A stretch of DNA of 64,000 nucleotides, from the NCBI GenBank assembly GCA_951406725.2, contig OX597817.1, positions 55,056,001-55,120,000 on the forward strand, read 5' to 3'. The first letter of the stretch is position 1, and the number at the start of each line of letters is the position of its first letter. Source of the stretch: Octopus vulgaris. Taxonomy: Eukaryota. The notes beneath the pieces are model-generated. The model did no database searches and was not told where the DNA came from. It worked only from the letters and a program-made list of their open reading frames with translations. Both the position numbers and the translations under genes were made by a program. This document shows positions 39,313-52,898 of the stretch, piece after piece.

Positions 39313-40639
39313 GTACACGCATATATGTACATATACATACGTATTCACATACATTGCGTATATATATATACGCACATAATGAGTACAGAAAAATAAAAAA
39401 TAAAAACATTATCAATAGCAACTACAAATTTTAAAACAAAAATTTTTTTGATGAAGTCGTCGAAGGTTCCATGTTGAAGGGCGACGAGACCATAGTGGTC
39501 CACATAGCCTGATGTTGTCATAGAGTCAAACTGTTCAAGCACATCCTTTCGAGTTGATCAAAGAACTTCTGTATCGAACAGGCTCATGCATTTGGCAAAT
39601 AATGACTGCTAAGACAACGTAAAGCTTCGCTGGTTCTGACTAAACGATTGAGAATTTGGTTTAGAAATCTATCGGAATAAAACAAACGAAATGAAAACTA
39701 ATTTCAAAATTACAAATCCAATTCCTTTTTTTTTGTTTTGTTTTCTTTTATTTTTTACTAAATCATAAATAAATATTGATTTACGTTTTCTCTTTGGACA
39801 GTCTAATCAATATTTCTTTTCGAAAGACACGATATTCGGTCGCAGGCGATACTGCGTGCTTAAAAATTTAGCTTCAGAAGCGCCTGAGTTCGGTTTCTAT
39901 CTCACTACACGACTCTACTTTGGACAAATGTTCGATAATGTCAGATGATGGGAAAAGTAAAACTACCGAGGGACGCCTGTTGCATGAAAATTTAATAGTA
40001 AATTGAACACTTTCATGCCTGATGCAGTAAACCAGGAATTATTAATGAAATAGAATTATATATTTAGTAATGAGAATAATCATTATAGAAATAATTAATC
40101 GACGTTAAGGATAAAAAGGAAGAGAACTTTAATATATTAATTAGTTTAAATAAGGAGTTTTTTTTCTGTTCTTTAACTGTATCAAAACAGGAGCACCGCT
40201 TTAATAGGTCTTCACGAAGAGTTTTCAAACAATTTCTGTCAATCAAATTCAGTCAAAAGGCTTGGATCGGTCCGAATCGATAGTAGATGTGATAGGCCAG
40301 GTTGCATGAAAAATGTCGACAGGAAAAGGATTAAGGAAGCGGAATATTTAGGAGTATATGCATATTAATAAGCTGAGGCATTTCTTTACCTCTACAGGCA
40401 AGTCCCTGTATTCTACATGATTAAAATATACGGAGAACTTTGTTGATATTTCCAACCCTCGGCCAGACCTGGTCAAAGACATCAATAGTTAAAGCGATTT
40501 CACTTGTGAAAGTTCCATCTTTGTAGGAATATTTATTTACATTATCTAACGCGTCCTTCCATTGATCGCATACGATTGTCTTATGGTTTGAGGAAAATTC
40601 GGTTACATTTTGCAGTAGATTTGATAACTACATAGAAAT

Positions 40640-41370
40640 AATGGTTCAAAACTTTGGCACAAGGTCAGCAAGCTCGGAGGAGGGGGCAAGTCGATTAAAT
40701 CAATACCAGTGTTGAAATGGTATTTATTTTATCGAACTCCTCCAGCACCAAAGGATGAAAAGCAAAGTGGATTTCGGTAGAAATAAGAATGCGTAGACAA
40801 ATAAAAAGCCGCTACGCATTTTTCCCAGCATGCTAAATATTCTGCTAGGTAGTCACCTTAGCTATTCAGAAATACTGGTTTCAAATTTTGACACAAGGTG
40901 GGGAGGGGGTTAAGTCCAGTGCATCGACCCCAGAGTTCAACCAGTATTTATTTTATAAACCCCAAAAGGATGAAAAGTGAAGACGGCCCTGCCGGACTTT
41001 GAACTTACAGTCTAAAGGCGGTCGAAATGCCGCTAAGCATGAAGCTTGGCGTGCTAAGGATTCTGTTAGCTTCTCCCCTTAACTATATGGAAATAATCTT
41101 TTCTACACTAGGCATAAGGCCCGAAATTTTGGGCGAAGGGGGCCAGTCGATTAATCGACCCCAGTACGCAACTGGTACTCATTTTATCGACACCGAAAGG
41201 GTAAAAAGCAAATTTGATCTCAGCGGAATTTGAACTCAGAATGTAAAGACAGACAAATACGTATTTCTCTACTACCCACAAGGGGCTAAACACAAAGGGG
41301 ACAAACAAGGACAGACAAACGGATTAAGTCGATTACATCGACCCCAGTGCGTAACTGGTACTTATTTATC
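40640..41370 (-). mobile_element. SINE family B cluster (several units)
   Basis: Repeated reverse-complement cores (AAAGGATGAAA.GCAAAGT); tail-1 to tail-2 junction at 41261. Confidence 0.8.
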
Positions 41371-41604
41371 AGCATGATATTATGCAGGAGAAATGTTTGG
41401 CCACATTTCCCATCATCCATTGTTTTCATTTCGAATAGTCCCACAGGTTTAAAACCGAACAGCTGCAAATTTTGACATTTAGCTAAACATCTATGTCACT
41501 GAGAAGACCTGTAACGAGAAACATTCCCAATATGACCAACAAAATGGAGTTTATACTGTCTAATTTGCTAATGATATGCTTTTAATAACTCCAGATGTGC
41601 ATAA

Positions 41605-42035
41605 GACTGCGTGTTGGCAGATTCGTCAGCGCACAGGGCAAACTACTTGGCAGCATTGCGTCCATCTTTGATTACTGTTTTCAAATTCTACTGATGTCGA
41701 CTCATCCTTTCATCCTTTCGAGATTGATAAAATAAGAACCAGTTGAGTACTGGGGGTTGATGGAATCGATTTAGTCCACCTCCGAAATTGCTGGCCCTGT
41801 GTCAAAATATAACATCCGATATTGTTAATACGGCTGCAAGCTGGCAGAATCGGTAACACGCTGGACTAAAAGTTGAGTAGCATTTCTATCGATTCTATCG
41901 ACCTGAGATCAAATCTGGCCGATGTCAAATTTGCATTTTCTGTTTCAGAGGTCGATGTAATAAGTATCATTTGAGGACTAGGTCGACGTAATTCACTTCC
42001 GTCTCCTCAAAATTACTGTTCTGTGCCTAGTTTTG
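41605..42035 (+). mobile_element. Two degenerate SINE family B copies
   Basis: TGGCAGA.TCG..A.C heads and CCTTTCATCCTTTCG cores. Confidence 0.7.
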
Positions 42036-43500
42036 AAGCCTTTATTATTTGAACTATTTTAAGGACCCTGACGCCAACCTTTCTTAATTTCAAGTCTTTT
42101 GGCTTCGATAAACTCAACTCAGTTCTTTCGAACTACTCAATATTCCACAAGCAATAAATATGTAACTTACGAAAAAAAAACCTTTAGACTTGCTTTGAAC
42201 AATTTGCTGTTTTTTCTTAATCAAGTGTTCCAGACTTAGTTATCACACATTTAGGTAACTGATGTCAAAGCATTATCACTTCCGGTGTCCTAGAATATCA
42301 GAAACAGTGTCCCAGATTATAGAAATTAATGTAAGATATTCAGAGAGACCGTTTCCAAATGTTCAGACCCGGGAATTAATTCCGCTAGTATATTTTCCTT
42401 TGAATTTTTCGATGATTGGAAGATATTAACTTAAAGATGTTATTACGAATAAAAGAAATCAAAATTATCAATCAACCAATTTAGCCAATCAAGTGAAGAA
42501 GAACTATTGCTAAATAACAATACACAAATATTAATGAAAGCATATCTGCGATTCGATTGTCATATTCTTCCATATAAGGAATGCTGAACAATGTAGGTTG
42601 AGATTTATTATGATGCAAGGTTGAAATCTCTCCGTATTGATTATTTTACTGTAATTTTCCTTAATTAAACATTTTCACAAATACTAATAATATAGCGATA
42701 AAATATTGAAGAAATTTGACTTGTATTAGATCAAACAACCAAAATGTTATTCTTACGCAATGTAATTCTAGGTGCAATCATACATGAGAGGGTAAGAAGT
42801 TTGCCTAGTAACTCCCACTCCCTGAGTTCGTTCTGGTTACGTAGTACTTTGGGCATGTGTCTTTTAAATATATATTGCCTTGAGTCCAGATTATATTTGT
42901 GAGTCAAATCTGCGAGCGGGCAAACAGTGTGAAAATTTATAACAGAAAACATTGCTATTTCTGGAAGTAAAATTTATTAGTCAATCGTCTCAGGATCGTT
43001 GGCAACCATAACCGGCGCCTGTTCTATTGCAAATATTCACAATATATCTCTGATCTGAAGACAACATGCTTTCTATCTTCAAACAATCTCGGACCTCCAG
43101 GAAAGCATCAACGAATTAGACTTCCGCTTCCGGTTATATCACTAGAAAATATAAGTCATCCTGCACGGAATTGTGTACGAATATATCGCTGCAGATATAG
43201 TAATTTTCTGAAATGAAATTGAAACTATTTTAGGTGTCGGGTCGAAATAACAAGGAACAACTATGTCCACTTTGTTGCTCGATCCTTTAGAAGTAGTAGC
43301 TAAATATTCCTCAAATCTCACCCTCACGCCTTTAATAAAGAATACATTACATAATATAGTCTTGCTTAATCTTGGAAAGACGATACTGTCACATTCGGAC
43401 AAAATGTTCAGCGGCATTTCTGGCGACTTTATGCTCTGAGCTCAGATGTCACCGTGTTCTGCTTAGCCTTTCACACTTTCGGGGTCGATAAATTAAGTAT

Positions 43501-43672
43501 AGGCGTAGGAGTGGCTGAGTGGCTGTGTAGTCAGAAGCTTGCTAACGAACCACATGGTTCCGTGTTCAGTCCTACTGCGTGGCAACTTTGGCAATGATTT
43601 TCTACTATAACCTCGGGCCGACCAAAACCTTGTGAGTGGATTTGGTAGACGGAAACTGAAAGACGCCCGTCG

Positions 43673-43768
<96 letters not shown>

Positions 43769-43962
43769 TCCCCTCAGCATCGCTTGACAACCGATGCTGG
43801 TGTGTTTACGTCCTCCGTAACTTAGCGGTTCAGCAAAAGAAACCGATAGAATAAGTACTGGCCTTACAAAGAATGAGTCCTGGGGTCCATTTGGTCGACT
43901 AAAGGCGGTGCGCCAGCATAGCCGCAGTCAAATGACTGGAGCAAGTAAAAGAGTAAAAGAGT
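43501..43962 (+). mobile_element. SINE family A, full length, inserted into a family B core
   Basis: Head, internal (TA)(TG)n and tail ending (GTAAAAGA)2. It splits the B core GGGGTCGATAAATTAAGTA | GTACCATTTGAACACTG. Confidence 0.9.
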
Positions 43963-44033
43963 ACCATTTGAACACTGAGATCAAAGTAACTGCACTTGTG
44001 CTTTGTGATTTGAAGCCAATGTTAATCTAGAGT

Positions 44034-44290
44034 GAAGGTGCGTGGTTTAGTGGTTAGAGTGTTCGGCTCACGATCGTAAAGTCGAGAGTTCGATACCCAG
44101 CGAAGCGTTGTGTCCATGAGCAAGACGCTTTATTTTTCAAGCAACTCCACTCCGTTCAGCTGGCAAAAAGTAGCTGTATTTAACATGGTCTTCCTTTTCA
44201 CATTCTGTATCACGCAGAATCTCCTCGAGAAGTACGTTGAGTGTACGCGTGTCTGCGGAGTGCTCATCCTGTTAATTTCAAGAGCAGTTA
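44034..44290 (+). mobile_element. SINE family C
   Basis: GAAGGTGCGTGGTTTAGTGGTTAGAG...GAGTTCGATACCC...GTGTCCATGAGCAAGACGCTTT. Confidence 0.85.
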
Positions 44291-44349
44291 ATTTCAACCT
44301 GTTAATTTCAACCGCCAGAGTTCCAGTCATTAATCTGGAGTTGAAATTA

Positions 44350-44612
44350 AAAGTAAGTACCAGTTACGCACTGGGGTCGATATAGTCGACTTAATCCGTT
44401 TGTCTGTCCTTGTTTATTCTCTCTGTGTTTAGCCCCTTGTGGGTAGTAAAGAAATAGGTATTTCTTCTGCCGCTACGTTCTGAGTTCAAATTCCGCCGAG
44501 GTCGACTTTGCCTTTCATCTTCAATAAATTAAGTACCGGTGGAACACTGGGGTCGATGAAATCGATTATCTCCCTCCCCAAAGTTTCAGCCTTGTGCCTA
44601 GAGTAGAAGAGA
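44350..44612 (+). mobile_element. SINE family B (5'-truncated tail-1 unit plus tail-2 unit)
   Basis: Junction AAAGAAATA|GGTATTTCTTCTGCC at 44457. Confidence 0.85.
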
Positions 44613-44859
44613 ATTCTTCGGTTTCACTCTCATATAAAAAGAGATTTATTATTTTTGCTGTATTTCGTTCTGGAACAGTCGTAAAGGAAAGGAAAAAGTT
44701 CACATTCAGTCACCGTTAGAATTCAGAACTAAAAATATATTTTGCATTGTATAAAAATGTATTCATTCCTCAATATTTCAAAGACATACAAAGAACTGTC
44801 ACCGCATTCTTTAGACGTATATTATACACAATGCGTTAACAAATATATAAAACACACAC

Positions 44860-44940
<81 letters not shown>

Positions 44941-45125
44941 AACGGATACAGACATGTACACACGGATATATATGCATATGGTACGTATGTATATAGGTAT
45001 GTATGTATGGATGGATGGATATATAGTAATTCACACATGCTCGCACATGAATATATGCAGGCATATATCTCACACAAACACGGAAATACATCAGAGCATG
45101 ATACTTGAATCGATATCATATTTAG

Positions 45126-45168
<43 letters not shown>

Positions 45169-45947
45169 TGAGTTTCAGTGCCTGTGTGCTTAATGTACAT
45201 ATATGTATTTCTGTGTTTATGCATATATATATATGTTTATGCGTATATATACATATATGTGTGTGTATGCACACATATATATAGATATGCGCTTGTGCAC
45301 ACATACATATATATATGTACACATGTGTGTATACATATACATACATATTTATATGTGCCCTCACACTCACACGTGTCTGTATGTAAATGCATTCAAGAGT
45401 CCATAAACAACGCATATTTAATGAAGAAATAAAATAAAATTAAATCAATAAACGAAAAAAAAAATAATAACAAAAGACACGAAACTGTTCATTGAAATGC
45501 TCCAGTCTGTCCTGGCACTATTAATGACTGCAAGTCACAGCCACAGTGAAAGTAACGCGCTAATCACTGTAATCAACTCGTACGATTCATTAAAACAGCC
45601 ATCTCTTATTTCTGTGGCTAACTACCACCTGGCGCTCTTTATTACACTTCTCTCCTAGCTGCCAATTAAACTCCGCTCCACTCTTTAAATCTTTTTAAAC
45701 ATGCCGTCTTCATTGTTTATTTGCTGGCATATTTATTTTATTACTTTGAGTTTTGTTGTATTTTGTTAGTGTTTTAAAAAATCATTTTCTTATTTGTTTG
45801 TTTGTTCCCTGTATTCAGAAATTTGTATGGAAAGTTTTAGTTTAAATTATTCACAGTTGAAGCATAAACGTCGCACCTTAGCAGAGAAAAATATAGAGAA
45901 CGGGGATGGATGTAAAGAGGATTTTCTGACATTAATGCCTTTCCAAA

Positions 45948-46884
45948 TGATTTTAGCTACGTATGTTAAAAGTTCGATAGAGTTTTGACCGAAAACTCAT
46001 ACAATTTTGAAACAAAGTCGCCGAGGTAATGTACTAAAGACAGAGAACCAAAGAACAAATGTTCTAGAATTATTGCATTTCAACGAGAGTCATGTGTATC
46101 GACACGAGTATCTATTTCTATTTCTTTACTACCCACAAGGGGCTAAACACAGAGGGGACAAACAAGGACAGACAAAGGGATTAAGTCGATTGTATCGACC
46201 CCAGTGCGTAACTGGTACTTAATTTATCCGACCCCGAAAGGATGAAAGGCAAAGTCGACCACGGCGGAAGTTGAACTCAGAACGTAACGGCAGACGAAAT
46301 ACCTATTTCTTTACTACCCACAAGGGGCTCAACACAGAAAGGAAAAAAAAAAGGACAGACAAACGGATTAAGTCGATTATATCGACCCCAGTGCGTAACT
46401 GGTACTTAATTTATCCACCCCGAAAGGATGAAAGGCAAAGTCGACCACGGCGGAATTTGAACTCAGAACGTAACGGCAGACGAAATACCTATCTCTTTAC
46501 TACGCACAAAGGGCTAAACACAGAGGGGACAAACAAGGACAGACAAACGGATTAAGTCGATTACATCGACCCCAGTGCGTAACTGGTACTTTATTTATCG
46601 ACTCCGAAAGGATGAAAGGCAAAGTCGACCTCGGCGGAATTTGAACTCAGAACATAACGGCAGACGAAATACGGCTACCCATTTCGCCCGGCGCGCCAAC
46701 GTTTCTGCTATCTCGCCGCCTTGATTTTAGCAATATGTTAAAAGTTAGATAAAGATTTGACTTAGAACTCATACAATTTTGAAACAAATTCGCCGAGGTA
46801 AGGTACTAGAGACAGAGAACAAAAGAAGAAATGTTCTAGAATTATTGTATTTCAACGAGAGTCATGTGTATCGACACGGGTATC
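45948..46884. repeat. ~163-bp direct repeats (45948-46111 and 46722-46884) flanking the SINE trimer
   Basis: Both contain AACTCATACAATTTTGAAACAAA.TCGCCGAGGTAA.GTACTA.AGACAGAGAAC...TTCAACGAGAGTCATGTGTATCGACACG.GTATC. Confidence 0.9.
46112..46721 (-). mobile_element. SINE family B trimer
   Basis: One head plus three ~185-bp core/tail-1 units; junctions at 46303 and 46489. Confidence 0.95.
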
Positions 46885-47050
46885 ATTAAAAGATGAATTT
46901 ACGGAAATCGGCAGCCATGATCAAGATGGACGTGAACGGGTGTTGGGTCAGTGATCCCGTTCTTCTTAGTTCAAATCACACCGAAGGCAATTTAGTTTTT
47001 CAATCTTCCAGTAGAAATAAAATTTACGTACTAATTATATTAGTGAGAGT

Positions 47051-47370
47051 GAAGGCACAATGGCTGAGTGGTTAAAGCATCGGGTTCACAATCATGAGTT
47101 CGATTCCCAGACAGAGCTGTGTGTTGTTTTTACTGAACAAAATACTCATTTCACGTTGCTTCAGTTCGCTCAGTCGTAGATATGACTTGTGACGTCACTG
47201 GAGCCTTACCCTTGGATAACATCTGTAGTGTGAAAAGGAGAGGCTGGTATGGATGGGCGACTGTTGGTCATCCATAACCAAACTTGCCCAGACTTGTGCC
47301 TCGGAGGGGAGATTTTTAGGGGCAATACCAATGGTCATTCATGACCGAAGGCGGTCGTTACGCTTTATAT
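47051..47370 (+). mobile_element. SINE family C head/CORE with a different tail
   Basis: GAAGGCACAATGGCTGAGTGGTTAAAG...GAGTTCGATTCCC...CATTTCACGTTGCT. Confidence 0.7.
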
Positions 47371-47486
47371 TAGTGCAACGATTAAAACCCTAACCCTACC
47401 CCTAAAAATAGGAGCAGTGTGGCCAAGGATGCATATCTTCAGGAGAGCGCTCAGCAGAAACATATAATGTAGGTGTGACTTGGTAC

Positions 47487-47632
47487 CGGCGTGGACGTGT
47501 GCCTCCCAAACACATGGCTTCGGGTTCAATCCCACTGCGTGGCACCATCGACTAGTACTTCTACTATTGCTTCACACGGACATAGCCATGTAAATGTATG
47601 TGGTTGACGGAAACTGAAAAAAGCCTGTCGTA
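47487..47632 (+). mobile_element. SINE family A head
   Basis: CGGGTTCAATCCCACTGCGTGGCACC...GACGGAAACTGAAAAAAGCCTGTCG. Confidence 0.75.
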
Positions 47633-49033
47633 CATATGTGTGTGTGTATATATGTGCTTGTGTGTGCGCGCGCAATTGTCTTTGAGTCTGCATCTGTTGC
47701 TTACCACTGCGGCGGCAATAGTAGGGGTTGTTGCGGTAGTTGTAGTAGTAGTAGTAGTGGTGGTGGTGGTGGTGGCGGTGGTGGTAGCAATTGTTCGCCC
47801 ACCGGACAAGCGCTTCACGGCATTTCTTTCGGCTGTATGTTCTAGGATCGAATTCCGCCAAGGTCGATCTTATCTTTCAATCTTTCAAACGTCGATAAAA
47901 AATGTAAAAGTTGTTCTCATTTTGTCGAGGTACACGACTACCTCTTCCCTCAAAACTGCTGGCCTTATACCAAAATTTGAAATCACCATTCTACCTTCAC
48001 GGCTTCTTTATATACCGATGCTTCGTTTCATTCTTCCTGAGTCATTGACATTGAAGAACCTAAGTATTTAAATCGATATAAAATCAATTGCAACAGTCAT
48101 CAGAAATTGTTGGGTTTTTGCCAGCACTCGTAGTCATTAACACTTGTTGTTGTCGTGTTGTTGTTGTGGTATTGATAGCAATTTTCTACATTAACACCAA
48201 ACACACCTGTGACTTTCTCAGGTGTATATAAAGTTGTCGGTCATTTTAGGTCTTTATTTTTATCTCATTACTTTTCAAAAAAAAAAAAGTAATCTGATCA
48301 ATTTTTATTGGATATTTAGTCTCTGTTTTATTAATCTGATTTTTTCCAATGTTTTCTTCTTTTTTCCGTTTATCACACTATTTTCAGAACATTTATCTAT
48401 TTATTTGTTAATTTTATTTCATTTAGAGTTTTTTATTCGTTTATTAGAGTTTATTATTCGTTTACCAGTGTTATATGTATGGTGGGTGTGTAAACGATTC
48501 GGAAGGTAAAGTAAAAAGCCCAAACGGAAACAACATATAGTTTCTTCGTTTCGGTTTATACAGCTTTGTGTACATATATTCACTATTAAAAAGATTACAT
48601 TCTTCAAGTTCCGCTCCTTGCAAACAGAGACTTTAATAGGATATATTTTAATATATTTGTACATACATAGATGGTGGTTGTCTACTCCTTATGCAGAGTT
48701 TAACCACCTCTTGTATACCTACACCTTAGAACCATCATGGCATTTGATGTGGCTTTTTAAACCAGCAAGGATAAGACACTCAGGCAGATTGCATATCCGA
48801 TTTGGACCACCAAGAGCTGCAGAGAAGTTCTGATGTTAGTGGAGCTTAAAATTTCTTTTAAAGCTTCTGTTAGATTTGTAAACCTTCTGGCACACACTGC
48901 ATTCAAAGTTGGTGGAAGTTCGTTTTCCACGCAGCCACTTCGACGATTACACACGCGTGCACACATACACTAATTTCCATGCATGTATGTATGTATGAAT
49001 GTATTTGAGAGGGTGTTTGTGTGCGTGTATGTA

Positions 49034-49592
49034 TTGGGTTGTCCGGAAAGTTCGTACCGATTTTTAAAGGAAAGAAAAAGGTCAATAAATACATTCCATT
49101 ACATTTTTAATCAACCAAATATGAATGATTTTGTTGCACATTGCGTCTCCATCTTTCCTTTAACTTGAAAATACCCTCTTCCCAGAATTGAGGTGGTTTC
49201 ATGGCAAAGAACTCATCAAGTTACCTTTTTACGTCATCCAAGGAATTTTTACCATTAAGACTATTCTGCAGAGACCTAAATAAGTGGAAATCCGAATGAG
49301 CAATATCTGGTGAATATGGAGAGTGGGGTGATACAGCCCAGCCGAGCTGCAGCAATTTTTGTCTGGTTTCCAAAGCATCAAGTGCCGAAAAGGAACTTTC
49401 TTATCTTCCATTTTAAAGGGTTACAGATTAACACAGGTTATAGGAACATAAACCTTCTTCCACGAAAAGATAGCTTAAACTGTGCTCTAAATGGAGGCGT
49501 AGTCAAATTCTATTTTATGGACCCAACCTTGTTCTAAAATATGTCGAAAGGTAGGCTACTATAAATCGGCACGAACTTTCCGAACAACCCAA
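49034..49592 (-). mobile_element. Internally deleted mariner transposon
   Basis: TIRs TTGGGTTGTCCGGAAAGTTCGTACCGATTT ... AAATCGGCACGAACTTTCCGAACAACCCAA with TA TSD. The minus strand encodes MEDKKVPFRHLMLW (N-terminus) and, in another frame, HSPYSPDIAHSDFHLFRSLQNSLNGKN (YSPDLAP motif). Confidence 0.92.
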
Positions 49593-50407
49593 TATTTATG
49601 TATTGTAATTTTTATTTCCAATAGGCGGTAGTCTGTATGGAATAACATGTTGCGGTGAAACCGGAATACTCTTTAAGAATAAGTAATATTTCCTTTTTGT
49701 TGCAAACAAACGATACTATCTTCTCATTTCCCCCTCCACACCTCTCGTCATCATTATTTGAATATCATCCTCTATTTGTATAACTGTCATTACAGACATT
49801 CTCTACTGCCTTATGATGCATTTCAGTTCAAATTCGTTGAGCACACCATCTTGTATCTTCTATTTCTCATCACTTTTGTCAGTTTGTGCAGATATCTATG
49901 TACATGTAGTAAAGTGGGTTCTTCCCACTGGTGTGATGTGTGTCTGCCTTTGTACGGTAGTTGCTGTTTTACGCTAGCAGCCGCAATAGCTAATAGTTAT
50001 CTCTTCATACCGGAATAGTAGTAATACACTAACTTCTGTCTTACCATCGCTGATAGCTCCACAAGACACCAACTAGAACTGTCGACTCTCAACTCTTTGA
50101 CTCTCGACAACTCTCTCTTGACGTTCGGCTATTGGTCTATTTATAACGGCTGACACCTACCATTACACAACAAGTACATAATCTCCCTGTCTATCTGCGT
50201 GTTTATGTATATTTATATGAATCTATGCTTGTCGTTGCATATGTGTGTTCGTGAGATGGAAGTGAAGTTTTATTGGCCCTGCACCGTGAAAACGTATCAC
50301 TGTGTCTCTCACTTAGATATTATATAGAATACTTGTATTTTTCTAAAATAGAGATAATACATTTCTAAATCTCTCTCAGAGAGATTTATGCTGTAGCAGC
50401 ACGAAAA

Positions 50408-50673
50408 AGTGATATTATGTTGTCAACTTAATATGACAATCCCATGAAAGGGGAAAATGCTACTGTTATTTAACCCTAGGAAACAACGTTTCCTGTTGGA
50501 CTTGACCCATTTCCTGTGTCATATTTTCAAAAGTGCTTGTCTCCAGTTTGAAAACATAAGGACACGGGAAATGTATCAAGTCCAACAGGAAACGGTGTTT
50601 CCTAGGGCTAAATAACAGTAGCATTGTACCCTTTCATGGGACTGTCACATTAAGTTGACAAAATACTATCACT
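50408..50673. repeat. Fold-back element: ~124-bp arms with a 15-nt spacer
   Basis: TTGTCAACTTAAT.TGACA.TCCCATGAAAGGG...AATGCTACTGTTATTTA.CCCTAGGAAACA.CGTTTCCTGTTGGACTTGA and its reverse complement. Confidence 0.9.
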
Positions 50674-51082
50674 GGTACTTTTCTGTTATGTATGCACTAA
50701 AATATGTGCGCATGTAGTATATATGAATGAATATATATGCTCTGCGCTGAATGTGCCTGTTTGTGGAAACCTGATAACATCAGCAAAAACGCAAAAGGCT
50801 TTGAGGTATGGCTCAGGATTTATATTTAAATATACTTTCATTTCTTCATTATGATGCTTAATTATGCTAATCATTAAAAGTATTTGTACATATTTCGATA
50901 TTTCTGTTGGCGAAAACCGTTAATTTTGCAACTCTCAAACAAATCCTTGCTACTCCTCCATTCATGTAACGGAAATAGAATCCACACAATGCAAAAATTA
51001 CCACGTGACTTTTTATTAATGGCATACATGTCAATGTACGTCTACCCGAATATTTAAACACACATACGTCCCGTCCACACAA

Positions 51083-51114
<32 letters not shown>

Positions 51115-51395
51115 ACAAACAAACACACACATGAAGATATGAATATATGTCTGCATGCTTGCATATATGCGTGTAAATACTCTCTGTCTCTCTCTCACAC
51201 AAACACACACATTCACATGTTTACACGACCATTTTCCCACTGCTGGAATGTTTATGTTCATATTAACATCAATTAAAATCAAAAGCAAGCGAAGACACAC
51301 AATTATACACAACCATGACACATATGTATTACACACACACACATACACACACATATATATGTATATATATATGTGTGTATATACATATATATATA

Positions 51396-51474
<79 letters not shown>

Positions 51475-51580
51475 TCGTGCACTTCAACATGTAATTATGC
51501 ATATATAAACTCCCACGTGATACAAGTAACATATCCATACATACGACATACACAGAAGCTCACAAGCGCAGAAGAGTCAG

Positions 51581-51622
<42 letters not shown>

Positions 51623-52416
51623 GTAGGAGCATAAACTGGAACAAAGGAAAACAGCTCTTTGCTCCACAAACGAGAGACGTTACGAGATCAAGAGAAACAA
51701 AAAGAGAATGGAAACAAGACCAGCAACAGCAAGAATAAGAAGAGAAACAACGGCAACAATGATATGTACGGCGACTAGATTTACACCGCCGCCAACATCG
51801 ACAACGATGACGAAAACAACAACAACAACAGCGATATATACAGCAATAGATTAACAACAATAACAATGATATAAAAAGGAACAAATACAACGATAATAAA
51901 TATAATAATAACTACACAGAAAATAACGAAAAAGCAATAATTTTTAATAAAGAACATTTTCAAAATTAAAGGGGGAAAAACAATCCCCTACCAACAAAAC
52001 TCCCCCCCAAAAAAAATAAATTATCAAAAGTAAAAAAAAAAAAAATAATAATAAGGAAAAACAGTTTGAAATTTGTGTGAATGGCAATATTAATAAATAT
52101 AAAATCATGATTGGTAAGGTGGTATACAGGTGAGGGTGGCGATGGCGCAACTGGGTGATCATGATCGATTATTTCCGAAGCCAGTTTTAATTGCATAAGC
52201 AGCGCCTCCTGGCGGATTATATTAATCAACGTGGTTACCCACATCACTCTCATCCCACCCGTCTCTTCCTCCACACCTCTTTCTGCTCCCCCCTCTCTCC
52301 CTCTCTGTCTCCTTCTCCACACCTTTTTCGCGTCTTTCTCAGCCTCCCTCGCTCATAACGCTTCATAATTTGACTAAAACATTTATTAATGAAAAATGAT
52401 AACGAGAATAATGATA

Positions 52417-52476
<60 letters not shown>

Positions 52477-52744
52477 GTAACTGAAACAACAACGGCATTA
52501 ATAAAACTATGATAATAATGATAATAATGACAATATTGATAATATGAGAAAAACAAAAGGAAGACACAATATACAAACAAACGGAATTAGTTAAATAAGG
52601 AAATGAAAATCGACATCAAAAACTTCAAGAAAAATCAAAATGGCGGAGAAGAAAGTGAAAGTATGAAATAGGTTTAAGAAATGCAATCAACAGAGTAAAT
52701 AAGTATATAGATAAATAAAGATATAAATACGTAGACAGACAGAC

Positions 52745-52828
<84 letters not shown>

Positions 52829-52833
52829 GGATG

Positions 52834-52898
<65 letters not shown>

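Noticed and set aside
39440-39600. Minus-strand peptide SMTTSGYVDHYG resembling the K+ channel signature TMTTVGYGD
   Set aside because: The GYG filter is absent, no pore helix or transmembrane segment is adjacent, and there are no convincing splice sites; probably chance or a TE relic.
44034-44105. tRNA-like sequence with A and B boxes
   Set aside because: It continues directly into a SINE body and has multiple diverged copies; it is a SINE head, not a tRNA gene. The same applies to 1183, 28612, 43501 and 53518.
46112-46721. Regularly spaced repeats resembling a CRISPR array or minisatellite
   Set aside because: Units are ~185-bp SINE bodies without unique spacers; the context is eukaryotic and there are no cas genes.
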